DNA of 64,000 nucleotides from Candidatus Poribacteria bacterium (GTDB lineage Bacteria; Poribacteria; WGA-4E; WGA-3G): NCBI GenBank assembly GCA_965204285.1, contig OZ241980.1, positions 1,733,811 to 1,797,810 of the forward strand, read 5' to 3'. Shown piece by piece: positions 48,449 to 57,259 of this stretch (position 1 is its first letter; each line of letters starts with the position of its first letter). The notes under the pieces were generated by a model. It saw only the letters and a program-made list of their open reading frames with translations, ran no database searches and was not told where the DNA came from. The position numbers and the translations under genes were made by a program.

Positions 48449-48491
48449 ATATCATTATCTTTTCTTTTATTGCTATATCCACATTTATATT

Positions 48492-48568
48492 GTAGCGCGA
48501 TTCAGAGATCGCTCCTATAGAAATCTTGTAGGCTTCAGATATTGTAGGAGGGAACTCCGGGGAATGCC
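48492..48568. repeat. REP-like inverted pair (inverted A-unit + B-unit), followed by the gaacgcctaaatggcgttc palindrome shared with the 5255-5295 region
   Basis: gtagcgcgattcagagatcgctcctat ... tgtaggagggaactccggggaatgcc. Confidence 0.75.
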
Positions 48569-48680
48569 AAAGGCATTCATACCCGGGGAACGCCTAAATG
48601 GCGTTCATACCGTTGATTTCTTGATTTGGATTCCCGACTATTACTGATACCTACAATTTTAGAATAGACATTCCATCAGG

Positions 48681-49499
48681 GTGAATTCAATGACCAGATT
48701 AAACGGTTTGTTAATTCTTTTCATAAGTCTTGCGATAGTATTGAGTGGGTGCGGAAAACCCACACCCGGTTACAAAATCTTTAGGATTAATGACTCACTT
48801 TTAGTCTTTCTGGCTATGAAACACTCTTCCAAGATTGTTGATGCTACACTTGATAACAAAGAATTACATGTAGATATTGATACTGGCAAAAAGATTGAGA
48901 ATCGTATAACGTCACTGGATAAGGCTTTTAAGTTTCCAATAACCAAACCCGATGAGCCCCTTGAAATTCACAACACAAACAGGATAAACGGATACGGTAT
49001 CGTCCATTTAACAGTGTCTTCTCCTATACCCAGAAATACATCAACCTCCTTTCATTGGACCGGTTGGGAAATAAAAGGTTTAAAGAAGAAACCTGGGCCT
49101 TTTAAAAATTCTGGCGCGTTCCGTGTTGGAGACACGATCACGGCTTACTGTTATCTTCCAGAAGCGAAAAAACCGAAAAAGAAAAATTCATTATTTTGGA
49201 TAAATTTTGATGTAGAAAAAACACCGAGAACTGCAACAGCGTACAACTTTGAAGATAATATGATTCATATAGAAACGTACAAAGCGGATTCCAATAAACT
49301 CAATAAATTAATTCGTAGGTTAAGTTTTCCACTTGATGACCTTGAACCGCATGAAACGGTAGAAGTAGAGGATAAGAAAAAATTAGGTGAAGATATTCAT
49401 ATTGCCTATTTGAAAGTTGTTCCCAAGAAAAACGAACCGACGAGAGTTGTCCCAAACAGAAACCGACCAACTAACCAACCCTTTTTAAGAGACCGTTAA
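48681..49499 (+). CDS. lipoprotein, hypothetical
   Basis: Signal peptide with a lipobox LSGC. Confidence 0.45.
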   Translation: MNSMTRLNGLLILFISLAIVLSGCGKPTPGYKIFRINDSLLVFLAMKHSSKIVDATLDNKELHVDIDTGKKIENRITSLDKAFKFPITKPDEPLEIHNTNRINGYGIVHLTVSSPIPRNTSTSFHWTGWEIKGLKKKPGPFKNSGAFRVGDTITAYCYLPEAKKPKKKNSLFWINFDVEKTPRTATAYNFEDNMIHIETYKADSNKLNKLIRRLSFPLDDLEPHETVEVEDKKKLGEDIHIAYLKVVPKKNEPTRVVPNRNRPTNQPFLRDR

Positions 49500-49571
49500 T
49501 ATCTATTTCCTGCGTAAAATCAGGGCAAGGCAATACAACTTGTGTATTTTCCATAGGAGTCAGAAAAAACA

Positions 49572-50075
49572 TTGCAAATCTCAATGATTGCCGCCATAGA
49601 TAAAAATCGACTCATCGGTAACGGGCCGCATATTCCCTGGCGTTTACCTGCTGACCTCCGACATTTTCGGGATATGACAATTGGCAAACCTGTCGTGATG
49701 GGACGTAAAACCTTTGAAACCCTTCCTCGTCCGTTGGTAAAACGGCAAAACATTATCCTAACACGAAATCACGACTATAAAGCACCAAAAGGGTGTATCG
49801 TGGCGCACTCAGTTGAGGATGTCATTGAAACTGCGGAGACACTCTCTGAAAGCAAGGAGTCGGAACTCATGATATGTGGAGGCGCACCTATCTATGCAGC
49901 ATTTTTACCATACGCTACTCGGCTTTACCTCACGCAAATTCACGCTATTTTTGAAGGAGATGTCTATTTTCCCGACTTTGATATAGCGGAATGGAAAGAA
50001 GTAAAACGGACTGACTGTGAAGCAGATGAAAAAAACCCGTATTCTTACAGTTTTCTGTTTTTAGAAAAAAAGTAG
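49572..50075 (+). CDS. folA: dihydrofolate reductase
   Basis: IAAIDKNRLIG..G.IPW, GRKTFE and LTR motifs. Start is TTG at 49572 or ATG at 49584. Confidence 0.8.
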   Translation: MQISMIAAIDKNRLIGNGPHIPWRLPADLRHFRDMTIGKPVVMGRKTFETLPRPLVKRQNIILTRNHDYKAPKGCIVAHSVEDVIETAETLSESKESELMICGGAPIYAAFLPYATRLYLTQIHAIFEGDVYFPDFDIAEWKEVKRTDCEADEKNPYSYSFLFLEKK

Positions 50076-50138
50076 AATAGATCTATCAGAGCCATTCAAT
50101 TTTCCAATAGTTTCTACCTGCTTTCAATGGTTTCTTCC

Positions 50139-50164
50139 GGTAGGAGCGATCTCCTGGTCGCGAC
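50139..50164. repeat. REP-like unit variant (GGTAGGAGCGATCTCCTGGTCGCGAC)
   Basis: Hybrid between the A-type and the GCGACC-type stems. Confidence 0.7.
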
Positions 50165-50245
50165 TTTCTGAGCAAAGCGGTTAAAATAATGCAAACTAAA
50201 TGATCCTGCAAATTGATCAATGGTTATTTCTTTTGGAGCAAATCT

Positions 50246-50878
50246 ATGCTAAACTTGTGCATGCTTTCCGGTTCTTTTGAATACGACTCTGAAACATCGT
50301 TAAATATCTTCAAAACCTACATTGAGAAAAACTACCCAATCCAAGCAAATTTAATTGTTTACGAATCAGAAGATGACGACCCCTCTTTAGCTGCATTAGA
50401 CGATGCAGATGCCTTGTTAGTTTTTACGCGTCGTCTCAATACAGAAGGGGAATCGCTTAGACAATTTCAGACGTATTGTGAGCAAGGCAGACCGCTTGTG
50501 GGTGTTAGAACCGCAAGCCATGCATATCAGAACTGGTTGGAATTTGATAAAGTCGTATTAGGTGGAGACTATCAAGGACATTACGGACACGGTCCCACCG
50601 TTCAATTAGAAACGGTTGCACCAGAACATTCAATTCTAAAAGGTATTCCCAAATTTGAGAGTTATGGCAGTCTTTACAAAAATCCATCACTTTGTGATGA
50701 TACGTCCGTGTTGTTGATGGGACATACAGATGAACATTCAGAACCCGTAGCATGGACGCGTTTGCATAATAGTGGACGCATCTGCTATACTTCATTAGGG
50801 CATCAAAAAGATTTTGAATTAGAACCGTTTTTGCAGTTTCTCGCACAAAGCGTTCTTTGGGTATCAAAACAGATTTAG
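50246..50878 (+). CDS. ThuA-like (trehalose-utilisation, class-I GATase-like) protein
   Basis: ThuA-family pattern (...LLVF...GRPLVGV..H......GGDYQGH...). Start is at the ATG with a GGAG RBS. Confidence 0.5.
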   Translation: MLNLCMLSGSFEYDSETSLNIFKTYIEKNYPIQANLIVYESEDDDPSLAALDDADALLVFTRRLNTEGESLRQFQTYCEQGRPLVGVRTASHAYQNWLEFDKVVLGGDYQGHYGHGPTVQLETVAPEHSILKGIPKFESYGSLYKNPSLCDDTSVLLMGHTDEHSEPVAWTRLHNSGRICYTSLGHQKDFELEPFLQFLAQSVLWVSKQI

Positions 50879-50896
50879 GAAAGAGATTTTGGAGAT

Positions 50897-52129
50897 ATGG
50901 AAACACTGACAATTGTGAATGGCGACATTTATACCCCGACACATTACGGTCCGGGTAATATCGTCATTCACGGTGATAAAATTTCAGCACTAACAAAAGA
51001 GCAACTTTCGCCGTCAGAGGATGTCATTGATGCTGCAGGGTGTCTTGTCATTCCCGGACTGATTGATGGATTGATTCACGGTGGCGGCGGTTTTGATAGC
51101 ATGACAAGTAAAGTTGAGGATATTGAAACAATAGCGCGGGCACATGCTGTTAACGGCGTTACGTCGTTAGTGGTAGGCATCTCCTCTGGGAGTATGGAGC
51201 AGATAAACGCATCCTTGACGGCAATCGCTCATGTCGTCGATCAACCGGTAGCAGATGGTGCCAAGATTATCGGGTCGTATGTTGAGGGGAAATTTGGCAG
51301 TCTCGCAAAAAATGGTGCACAAAACGCCAAGTACATTACGCCACCAAACTTTGAAGAATTCCACGCAATGTGGGCAGCCTCTGACGGCACTTTAAAAGTA
51401 ATTTCTGTTGCTCCAGAAAACGATGAAAATTTACAGTTTATTAAACATCTTGCCGAGTATAAGGCAGATGCCTATAACGATATTGTTATCGCAATGGGGC
51501 ATACAAATGCAACATATCAACAAGCGATGCATGCCGTTGATGCAGGCATAACTCGTGCCACACACACCTACAACGGTATGAGCGGCATGCACCACCGCGA
51601 CCTCGGCGCACTTGAAGCCGTTTTTGATCACCCCAACGTCCACGCTGAATTGATAGTTGACGAACACCACGTCCATCCTTTTTGGGGTAAGCATCTGATC
51701 CAACATAAAGGAATTTCAGGAGTCGGGTTGATTACAGATTGCACCGAACATGCGGGTTTGTCAGAAGAAGCATGGCAAAAAGACGCTGTCTATGAGGCAG
51801 AACACGACGCTTTTAGACTCAATGAAACAACAGATTCAGACACTCAGAAATACATAAAAGACGGTGCAATGTGGTTAGATGTCGGCAAACCTACTGAACG
51901 ACTCGCTGGTGCAATCATTACCCTTATGGACGGTATTCGTAACGTTGTCGGATGGGGATTTTCTTTAGAAGATGCTTTAACGATGGCAACATTAACACCT
52001 GCGCAAAATTTAGGGATTGATGATCGTGTTGGTTCAATAGCACCAGACAAAGCTGCAGATATAGTTATCGTTGATGAAAATTTTGACGTGCAGAACGTAA
52101 TTCTGCGCGGAAAAGCGGTTAAATCGTAA
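50897..52129 (+). CDS. amidohydrolase-superfamily protein, NagA (GlcNAc-6-P deacetylase)-like
   Basis: 410 aa with His-rich metal-ligand segments (LIHGGGG, HTYNGM, HAELIVDEHHVH). Confidence 0.5.
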   Translation: METLTIVNGDIYTPTHYGPGNIVIHGDKISALTKEQLSPSEDVIDAAGCLVIPGLIDGLIHGGGGFDSMTSKVEDIETIARAHAVNGVTSLVVGISSGSMEQINASLTAIAHVVDQPVADGAKIIGSYVEGKFGSLAKNGAQNAKYITPPNFEEFHAMWAASDGTLKVISVAPENDENLQFIKHLAEYKADAYNDIVIAMGHTNATYQQAMHAVDAGITRATHTYNGMSGMHHRDLGALEAVFDHPNVHAELIVDEHHVHPFWGKHLIQHKGISGVGLITDCTEHAGLSEEAWQKDAVYEAEHDAFRLNETTDSDTQKYIKDGAMWLDVGKPTERLAGAIITLMDGIRNVVGWGFSLEDALTMATLTPAQNLGIDDRVGSIAPDKAADIVIVDENFDVQNVILRGKAVKS

Positions 52130-52640
52130 AAATATGTAAACGCACGAAGTGAAATACTCAAAATTAGAGATTTTTTAGAAAATAACTGCATTTTTTTTTG
52201 TAACCTGATGTCTAATGTCCCCGTTAAATGCCGTGAATATGGTGAATATAAAGCAAATTTGTAATGGAAAAGTTTGTATGACCACCAACCATATTTTCCT
52301 CAAGGTTAGTTAACAATGAAGTACCGACATATCAATACCGCAATCCAGAAAGTGATCACAGCAGATACTTTTTGTTTAAACAGAATTTGCTCATGCGGAA
52401 TATTCGGTGTTTTAATAATTTTTAACTTCAAGTTATTCCCCCCGATTCACATTCGTTAATTTTCTTTACATCACAAGAATTAAATCTATTTACCTTCGCG
52501 CCCACACGCGCGCTTCGTTTCTCACGGAGTGTCTCGTTGCGGGCTTTTGTTGTTTATGGAAAAAGTCACGATTTATGTTGAATCGTAGTTGAGTCTTTGT
52601 TTAGTTTTACTTGTAAAATTTTAACGGAGAAGATACAATT

Positions 52641-52862
52641 GTGAAAAAGAAACTTTTATTAAAGGTAGGGTTTACCACAGCACTTATTGTTTTCATTGGT
52701 GGCGGGCTGCTCTTTAGCACAATCACAATGATTGATGCCACACAGACAGATAAACCCGTTTGCATAGAACAACCCCGAATTGACTGTACGATATTGGAAA
52801 AACAGGAAACACCGTGTCCAAAACCAACCGTCCCATCCTGCACACGCGAGGTAAAAAAATAA
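52641..52862 (+). CDS. small single-pass membrane protein, Cys-rich tail
   Basis: GTG start with a GGAGAAG RBS. 73 aa carrying a C-terminal CxxxPRIDC..CP..PSC segment. Confidence 0.4.
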   Translation: MKKKLLLKVGFTTALIVFIGGGLLFSTITMIDATQTDKPVCIEQPRIDCTILEKQETPCPKPTVPSCTREVKK

Positions 52863-52874
52863 AGGAGAGCCGTA

Positions 52875-53636
52875 ATGAGATTCTTTAGAAACAACTGGTA
52901 TTGGATACTCGGTATCATTATTTGTCTGATAGTTGGGAGCATTATTATTGTCCAACGCGGGCAACAACAGACAGCAGAAGCAGGTCCAATCACACCCGAT
53001 ACTGCCAAATCACCGCCCCCTGGTGAATTAGCAAGTTTAATTTGGTATGACTCTCCCGAAAAAGCGATCAGTTACGCGCTTAAGGGGCTACGTAATAATA
53101 ATTCTCATCCGGATAGTGCACATTTGCATGCTGTTTTAGGTTTTGCATATCAGCGATTAGGCGACTATAAAACGGCGTGGGTTCATCTGAAAAAAGGGCA
53201 AGCACTTACTGAGCAATGCCTCTCTTGCTGCCCCAGTCCTGGTGAGGGCAGTCTACCCGTTGAAGTTGCCAAACACTATGATTATTCTGCCCATATAACA
53301 GCGATAGAGTCTGGTCGTCCACTAATACAACGGCAACGGGAGTTGCGTTCTTCTGTTGATGATGCGGTAGCGTTTACAGAATTAGACGCTTTCCTTCAAT
53401 GGGCGGGTGCGATTATGAGGGACACACCGATTACAACGAACAACTTTCTCGCGAAAGAGTTAGAATCGCATCTGCTTGGTCAAAAGACGACGTTTCATCC
53501 GGAACGTATCACCCGTGCTTTTGAACTCATGGAACAGCACAAGCAAAGCAAAGGTATGAGACTTCTTCAGCAAAGTGATCCACCCCTTGCGCGCGAGGTG
53601 CTGCGTATGTTCAACAAGAAGCGAAGTAAAGGATAA
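52875..53636 (+). CDS. single-pass membrane TPR-like protein, paralog A (MRFFRNNWYWILGI N-terminus)
   Basis: Shares its N-terminal TM helix, one TPR-like unit and a ~90-aa C-terminal domain (FLQWA..IM.D.P..TNNFL.KE.E.HL...F.P.RI.RAFE.ME) with the ORF at 53729. Confidence 0.55.
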   Translation: MRFFRNNWYWILGIIICLIVGSIIIVQRGQQQTAEAGPITPDTAKSPPPGELASLIWYDSPEKAISYALKGLRNNNSHPDSAHLHAVLGFAYQRLGDYKTAWVHLKKGQALTEQCLSCCPSPGEGSLPVEVAKHYDYSAHITAIESGRPLIQRQRELRSSVDDAVAFTELDAFLQWAGAIMRDTPITTNNFLAKELESHLLGQKTTFHPERITRAFELMEQHKQSKGMRLLQQSDPPLAREVLRMFNKKRSKG

Positions 53637-53728
53637 TTGATAGGCAAGAGCCGCATATCTATTTCTGACAAAGAAGGGTCCTAATTAATACGTGAGTTCA
53701 GAAATAACGGCCAAAAGGGGAAACAGAC

Positions 53729-55225
53729 ATGAAATTCTTTAGAAACAACTGGTATTGGATACTTGGTATTGTTATTGGCATCGGGATTGGAAGTATTATT
53801 GTTATGCACCGCACGCAAAAACAATATACGGAAAGGAGACTACACATGGAACAGAAAACGCCTGAGGAAAACCCACACACTACGCAAAACGAGCGAGAAA
53901 AGACACGCGGAAGCGCAACGCACTCCCATTCACATAGAAACAAACGCAAGGAACGTCCTGTTATCCCAGAACCGGTGTCAAAACAGTTGGCACAGCTGCG
54001 ACAGCAATATGAAGATGCGGGACTCACTTCCAAGTGGGAAAAAGGAACAAGGAGGTATACACTCTATCCAGACGAGTATTATGAAACAGAATTGGAGCTG
54101 CTGTGCGGAGACATGGATCCTGAACAGGCAGTCGACACCCTGCGTGCGCTGGGTCTATATAATCGTGCGATCCTCCAACGTTTAGATACTGTGCGCGCTT
54201 ACCAATACCTAAGGAGTTTTGACGTTTATGGTCGTTCCGGTATCCGGTTAGGTGTTCCTGAAGGTACAACGTATGCAGAACGTGTGATCGCCGAAAACCC
54301 TGGCACTTCCATTGCACTTGAAGCTCGATTTTATATTGCAGGTGCTCCCATGCAAACCCGGCCCGAAAGAATTGATGCATATAAAGAGATATTGGAGATT
54401 GACCCGAATTCTACAGAAGCTTTACGTGCGTTAGGAAGCATCTTTTTTAGAGATGACAACCCGGTGGAGGCATTGCGATACTATCAAGAGGCTAACCGTC
54501 TTGACCCTAATAAATCGCTTTTCTATTTAGGCGAAACGTATGAAAAGTTGGGGGATGTCAAAACCGCTTGGGTCTACCATAAAAAAGCACTTGCGCAAGG
54601 TGATGCGCCCCTTGACTCGCACGGACTTAAGCAGACATGGCTGATCAAACGGCATATAGAACAGATTGAAGCGGGCGATCCGGTTTATAAGCCAGTTGCA
54701 CAGGCACCCCCACCCGTTCCAACGGAAGAACACATAGATGAGAACTCTGTAAAACCCCATGGACTACAGGAACAGACACACCATGCCAAAGTGTTACCTG
54801 ACGATCCTTCCTGGACGGAACCCACGGACGCCTCCCTACCGGATGCCCGTGACGATAACGACGAAAGAAAACGTGCAGCAGCGAAGGCAGCGCAGCAGGC
54901 ACACGAAGAGTTCCTGAGACATCAAGAACTCTCACAAAAGGAACTTGACGATTTTCTGCAATGGGCAGAAAGCATCATGAATGCTGACTCTCCCATGGAT
55001 ACCAACAACTTCCTCAGGAAAGAGATGGAAGCACACCTCAAGGGCGGACAAGCACAGTTTGAACCGGATCGGATTGTTCGTGCGTTTGAAACCATGGAAC
55101 GTTATGGACAAGTTGATGGAATGAAACGTCTCCAAAAAGTCGATCCTGACCTTGCGAAGCAGGTGCAGCATCTTCTCGCAGAAAAACGCACGCCGCACGA
55201 TAACAAACAACAAAACAGAAGATGA
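53729..55225 (+). CDS. single-pass membrane TPR protein, paralog B
   Basis: Same N-terminal and C-terminal domains as paralog A, with an inserted multi-TPR region. Its stop overlaps the next gene (ATGA). Confidence 0.55.
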   Translation: MKFFRNNWYWILGIVIGIGIGSIIVMHRTQKQYTERRLHMEQKTPEENPHTTQNEREKTRGSATHSHSHRNKRKERPVIPEPVSKQLAQLRQQYEDAGLTSKWEKGTRRYTLYPDEYYETELELLCGDMDPEQAVDTLRALGLYNRAILQRLDTVRAYQYLRSFDVYGRSGIRLGVPEGTTYAERVIAENPGTSIALEARFYIAGAPMQTRPERIDAYKEILEIDPNSTEALRALGSIFFRDDNPVEALRYYQEANRLDPNKSLFYLGETYEKLGDVKTAWVYHKKALAQGDAPLDSHGLKQTWLIKRHIEQIEAGDPVYKPVAQAPPPVPTEEHIDENSVKPHGLQEQTHHAKVLPDDPSWTEPTDASLPDARDDNDERKRAAAKAAQQAHEEFLRHQELSQKELDDFLQWAESIMNADSPMDTNNFLRKEMEAHLKGGQAQFEPDRIVRAFETMERYGQVDGMKRLQKVDPDLAKQVQHLLAEKRTPHDNKQQNRR

Positions 55226-55239
55226 AAGGAGAGTATTCT

Positions 55240-55998
55240 ATGAAATTTTTTAGGCTACTTTTAGCAAGCAGTTTCTGTCTGTTATGCCTCTTTGGCATCA
55301 GTATCCCCACAGAAGCTTCCACAATAACAATTGAGGAACTTGATAGTAGTTGGCGTCCGAGAGCTGATGTTGACTTTCCGAGGGAAGATGTCTCTGCTTC
55401 CGTGACAATAACTCTTAATGGTGTAGACTTTCCATCAGATCCAAATGGGCAGCAGCCGTACGTCACCGTATCTCTCTTGGAAGTTACTAACTGGAACGGC
55501 ATCTGTGGCAACGCGGCAGATACAAATTACAATCTCACAGATCCAGATCTTGTCTTGGAACGAACTGCCTCACATAATAGCGACTGGACAAGGAACTTTG
55601 ATCTCAATGGGAATTACGACGGCACCCTCACATACACACTTAACAACAACGAGTCGCAGATATCTGTCAAAGTGTCTTGTAAAGATTATGGGGCGTATGG
55701 CAAAATCACGGCAACTTTGTATGACTATGATGGAGCTGGCAGTTATAAGTCTACAACCAGTAACACCGTGCCTATTCCACGTGACGGTAACAACAACAAA
55801 ATCGCGGATATATGGGAAGACAAGTCAGATGTCAATTTGACCGCTGCAGAAAAAAGAGATGTTACGTTAGATGTGGAGACCGGTCCCGGAAATAACCCTA
55901 ATCATGGTGACGGTCTCTCTATCTTCGCCGAATATAGAGGCTTTAAGCTTTATGATGGCTTCAATAGCAGATGGCAATACACCAGTCCTAGTGGATAG
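55240..55998 (+). pseudogene. 5' portion of a secreted zinc-metalloprotease gene interrupted by IS630 (signal peptide + beta-rich N-domain)
   Basis: Start MKFFRLLLASS with an AAAGGAG RBS. The last three codons and the stop are supplied by the IS630 left inverted repeat. Confidence 0.65.
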
Positions 55999-56004
55999 TC
56001 CAGT

Positions 56005-56691
56005 CTAAAATTGTGGGTATAAGTGTTTTAGTCGGATGCGCGCATCATCCGTTGTGAAGTGCCAGTCCACTTGCTTCGCTTCACGATTACGCCTTGCCTC
56101 CCAGGCTTTTGTCTCTCTCCGTAGTGTTTCTATGTCAGGGATACGCCGACACAAACATTGGCGTGTGAGCACACTCAGTTCTATCTCCGCTATATTCAAC
56201 CAACTTCCATGCTTAGGTGTATAGACTATTTCCAAACGCGAACACAATCTCTCTGCTGCCTTCGCTCCAAATGTTTTGGACAACGACGAAAAGTTATGCG
56301 TATTCAGGTTATCACAGACTAAAATCACACGCTTTGCTAACGGATACACCTCATCCAATAGCACCCGGACTTCCTCCGCCCAATCCGTTGCGGTCCGACG
56401 CTCCCGAACAGACACACGCCGCCACCCCGCAAGTGCCGCTGTGAAAATGAAAAGTTGAGCCGTGCCATTGCGTTTATATTCATTGTCTACACGCTTGACC
56501 TGCCCCGGTTTAGCGGGATGGGGATCACGGGTATCACCTCTCAACGTTACAGATTGTTCATCCATGTTCACAACAGGAACATCCGGATCCAAAGGTTGCT
56601 GATAGAGATTTAGCACCGCCTCCATTGCCTCAACAAACTCGGCAGCTTCTTCAGGAGGGATCACCCATTGCTCCACAAGATGCGGTTTCAA
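56005..56691 (-). CDS. IS630-family transposase, DDE domain part (orfB)
   Basis: DDE-domain pattern (VLVCDNLNTH...W.N..E). Confidence 0.7.
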   Translation of the reverse strand: MKPHLVEQWVIPPEEAAEFVEAMEAVLNLYQQPLDPDVPVVNMDEQSVTLRGDTRDPHPAKPGQVKRVDNEYKRNGTAQLFIFTAALAGWRRVSVRERRTATDWAEEVRVLLDEVYPLAKRVILVCDNLNTHNFSSLSKTFGAKAAERLCSRLEIVYTPKHGSWLNIAEIELSVLTRQCLCRRIPDIETLRRETKAWEARRNREAKQVDWHFTTDDARIRLKHLYPQF

Positions 56692-57131
56692 AGCGTTTTT
56701 TTGAGTGTCTGACGCACCGTTTCTGGTGAAATACTCTCTACAATCTCAAGTCTAACCAGTTCTGACGCAAGAAGCCGTAGTGTCCATTTGCCAGCACCTT
56801 CTGGAGGCTCCCCACAACTCAGGGCTATCAAGCGCGCCTCAGCTGCACCATCAAGCTTGCAAGGCGTGGGAGGATGTTCGCGCTTAGCACGATACAAGGC
56901 ACGAGAAAAACCACCTTCCGTAAAGCGCTTGCGCACATTAGCTACTGTCTGGTGATTACACTCATACGCATCAGCTATTTTTGTATCGCTCCAACCGGGG
57001 CCCTTCACATCCGATTTCAGCAAAATATAAGCATTCCTTATCTTATACGCCTCGTTTTTACCAGTGTGGACACAGTCTTCCAACTCTTGACGCTCCGTAT
57101 CGCTCAGTTGGACAACATATTTTTTATTCAC
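56688..57131 (-). CDS. IS630-family transposase, HTH part (orfA)
   Basis: Helix-turn-helix N-domain. It ends at an A7 run just before orfB in the -1 frame. Confidence 0.7.
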   Translation of the reverse strand: MNKKYVVQLSDTERQELEDCVHTGKNEAYKIRNAYILLKSDVKGPGWSDTKIADAYECNHQTVANVRKRFTEGGFSRALYRAKREHPPTPCKLDGAAEARLIALSCGEPPEGAGKWTLRLLASELVRLEIVESISPETVRQTLKKTL

Positions 57132-57259
57132 AGCAGTGTTCCTCCTAAGTAGTATTATATACTATAAGGGAAACACTTTCGTCTGTCAAGATCGCAAAAA
57201 ATCAAAAAATAATCATATAAGTTTAGACTGGACTATCCACTAGAGAGAAGGACATTTTT

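Larger units (their letters stand above)
55991..57240. mobile_element. IS630-family insertion sequence flanked by TA duplication
   Basis: 19-22 bp perfect terminal inverted repeats (ctaGTGGATAGTCCAGTCTAAA) at 55988-56009 and 57222-57243. TA occurs at both junctions. Two overlapping transposase ORFs are present. Confidence 0.8.
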
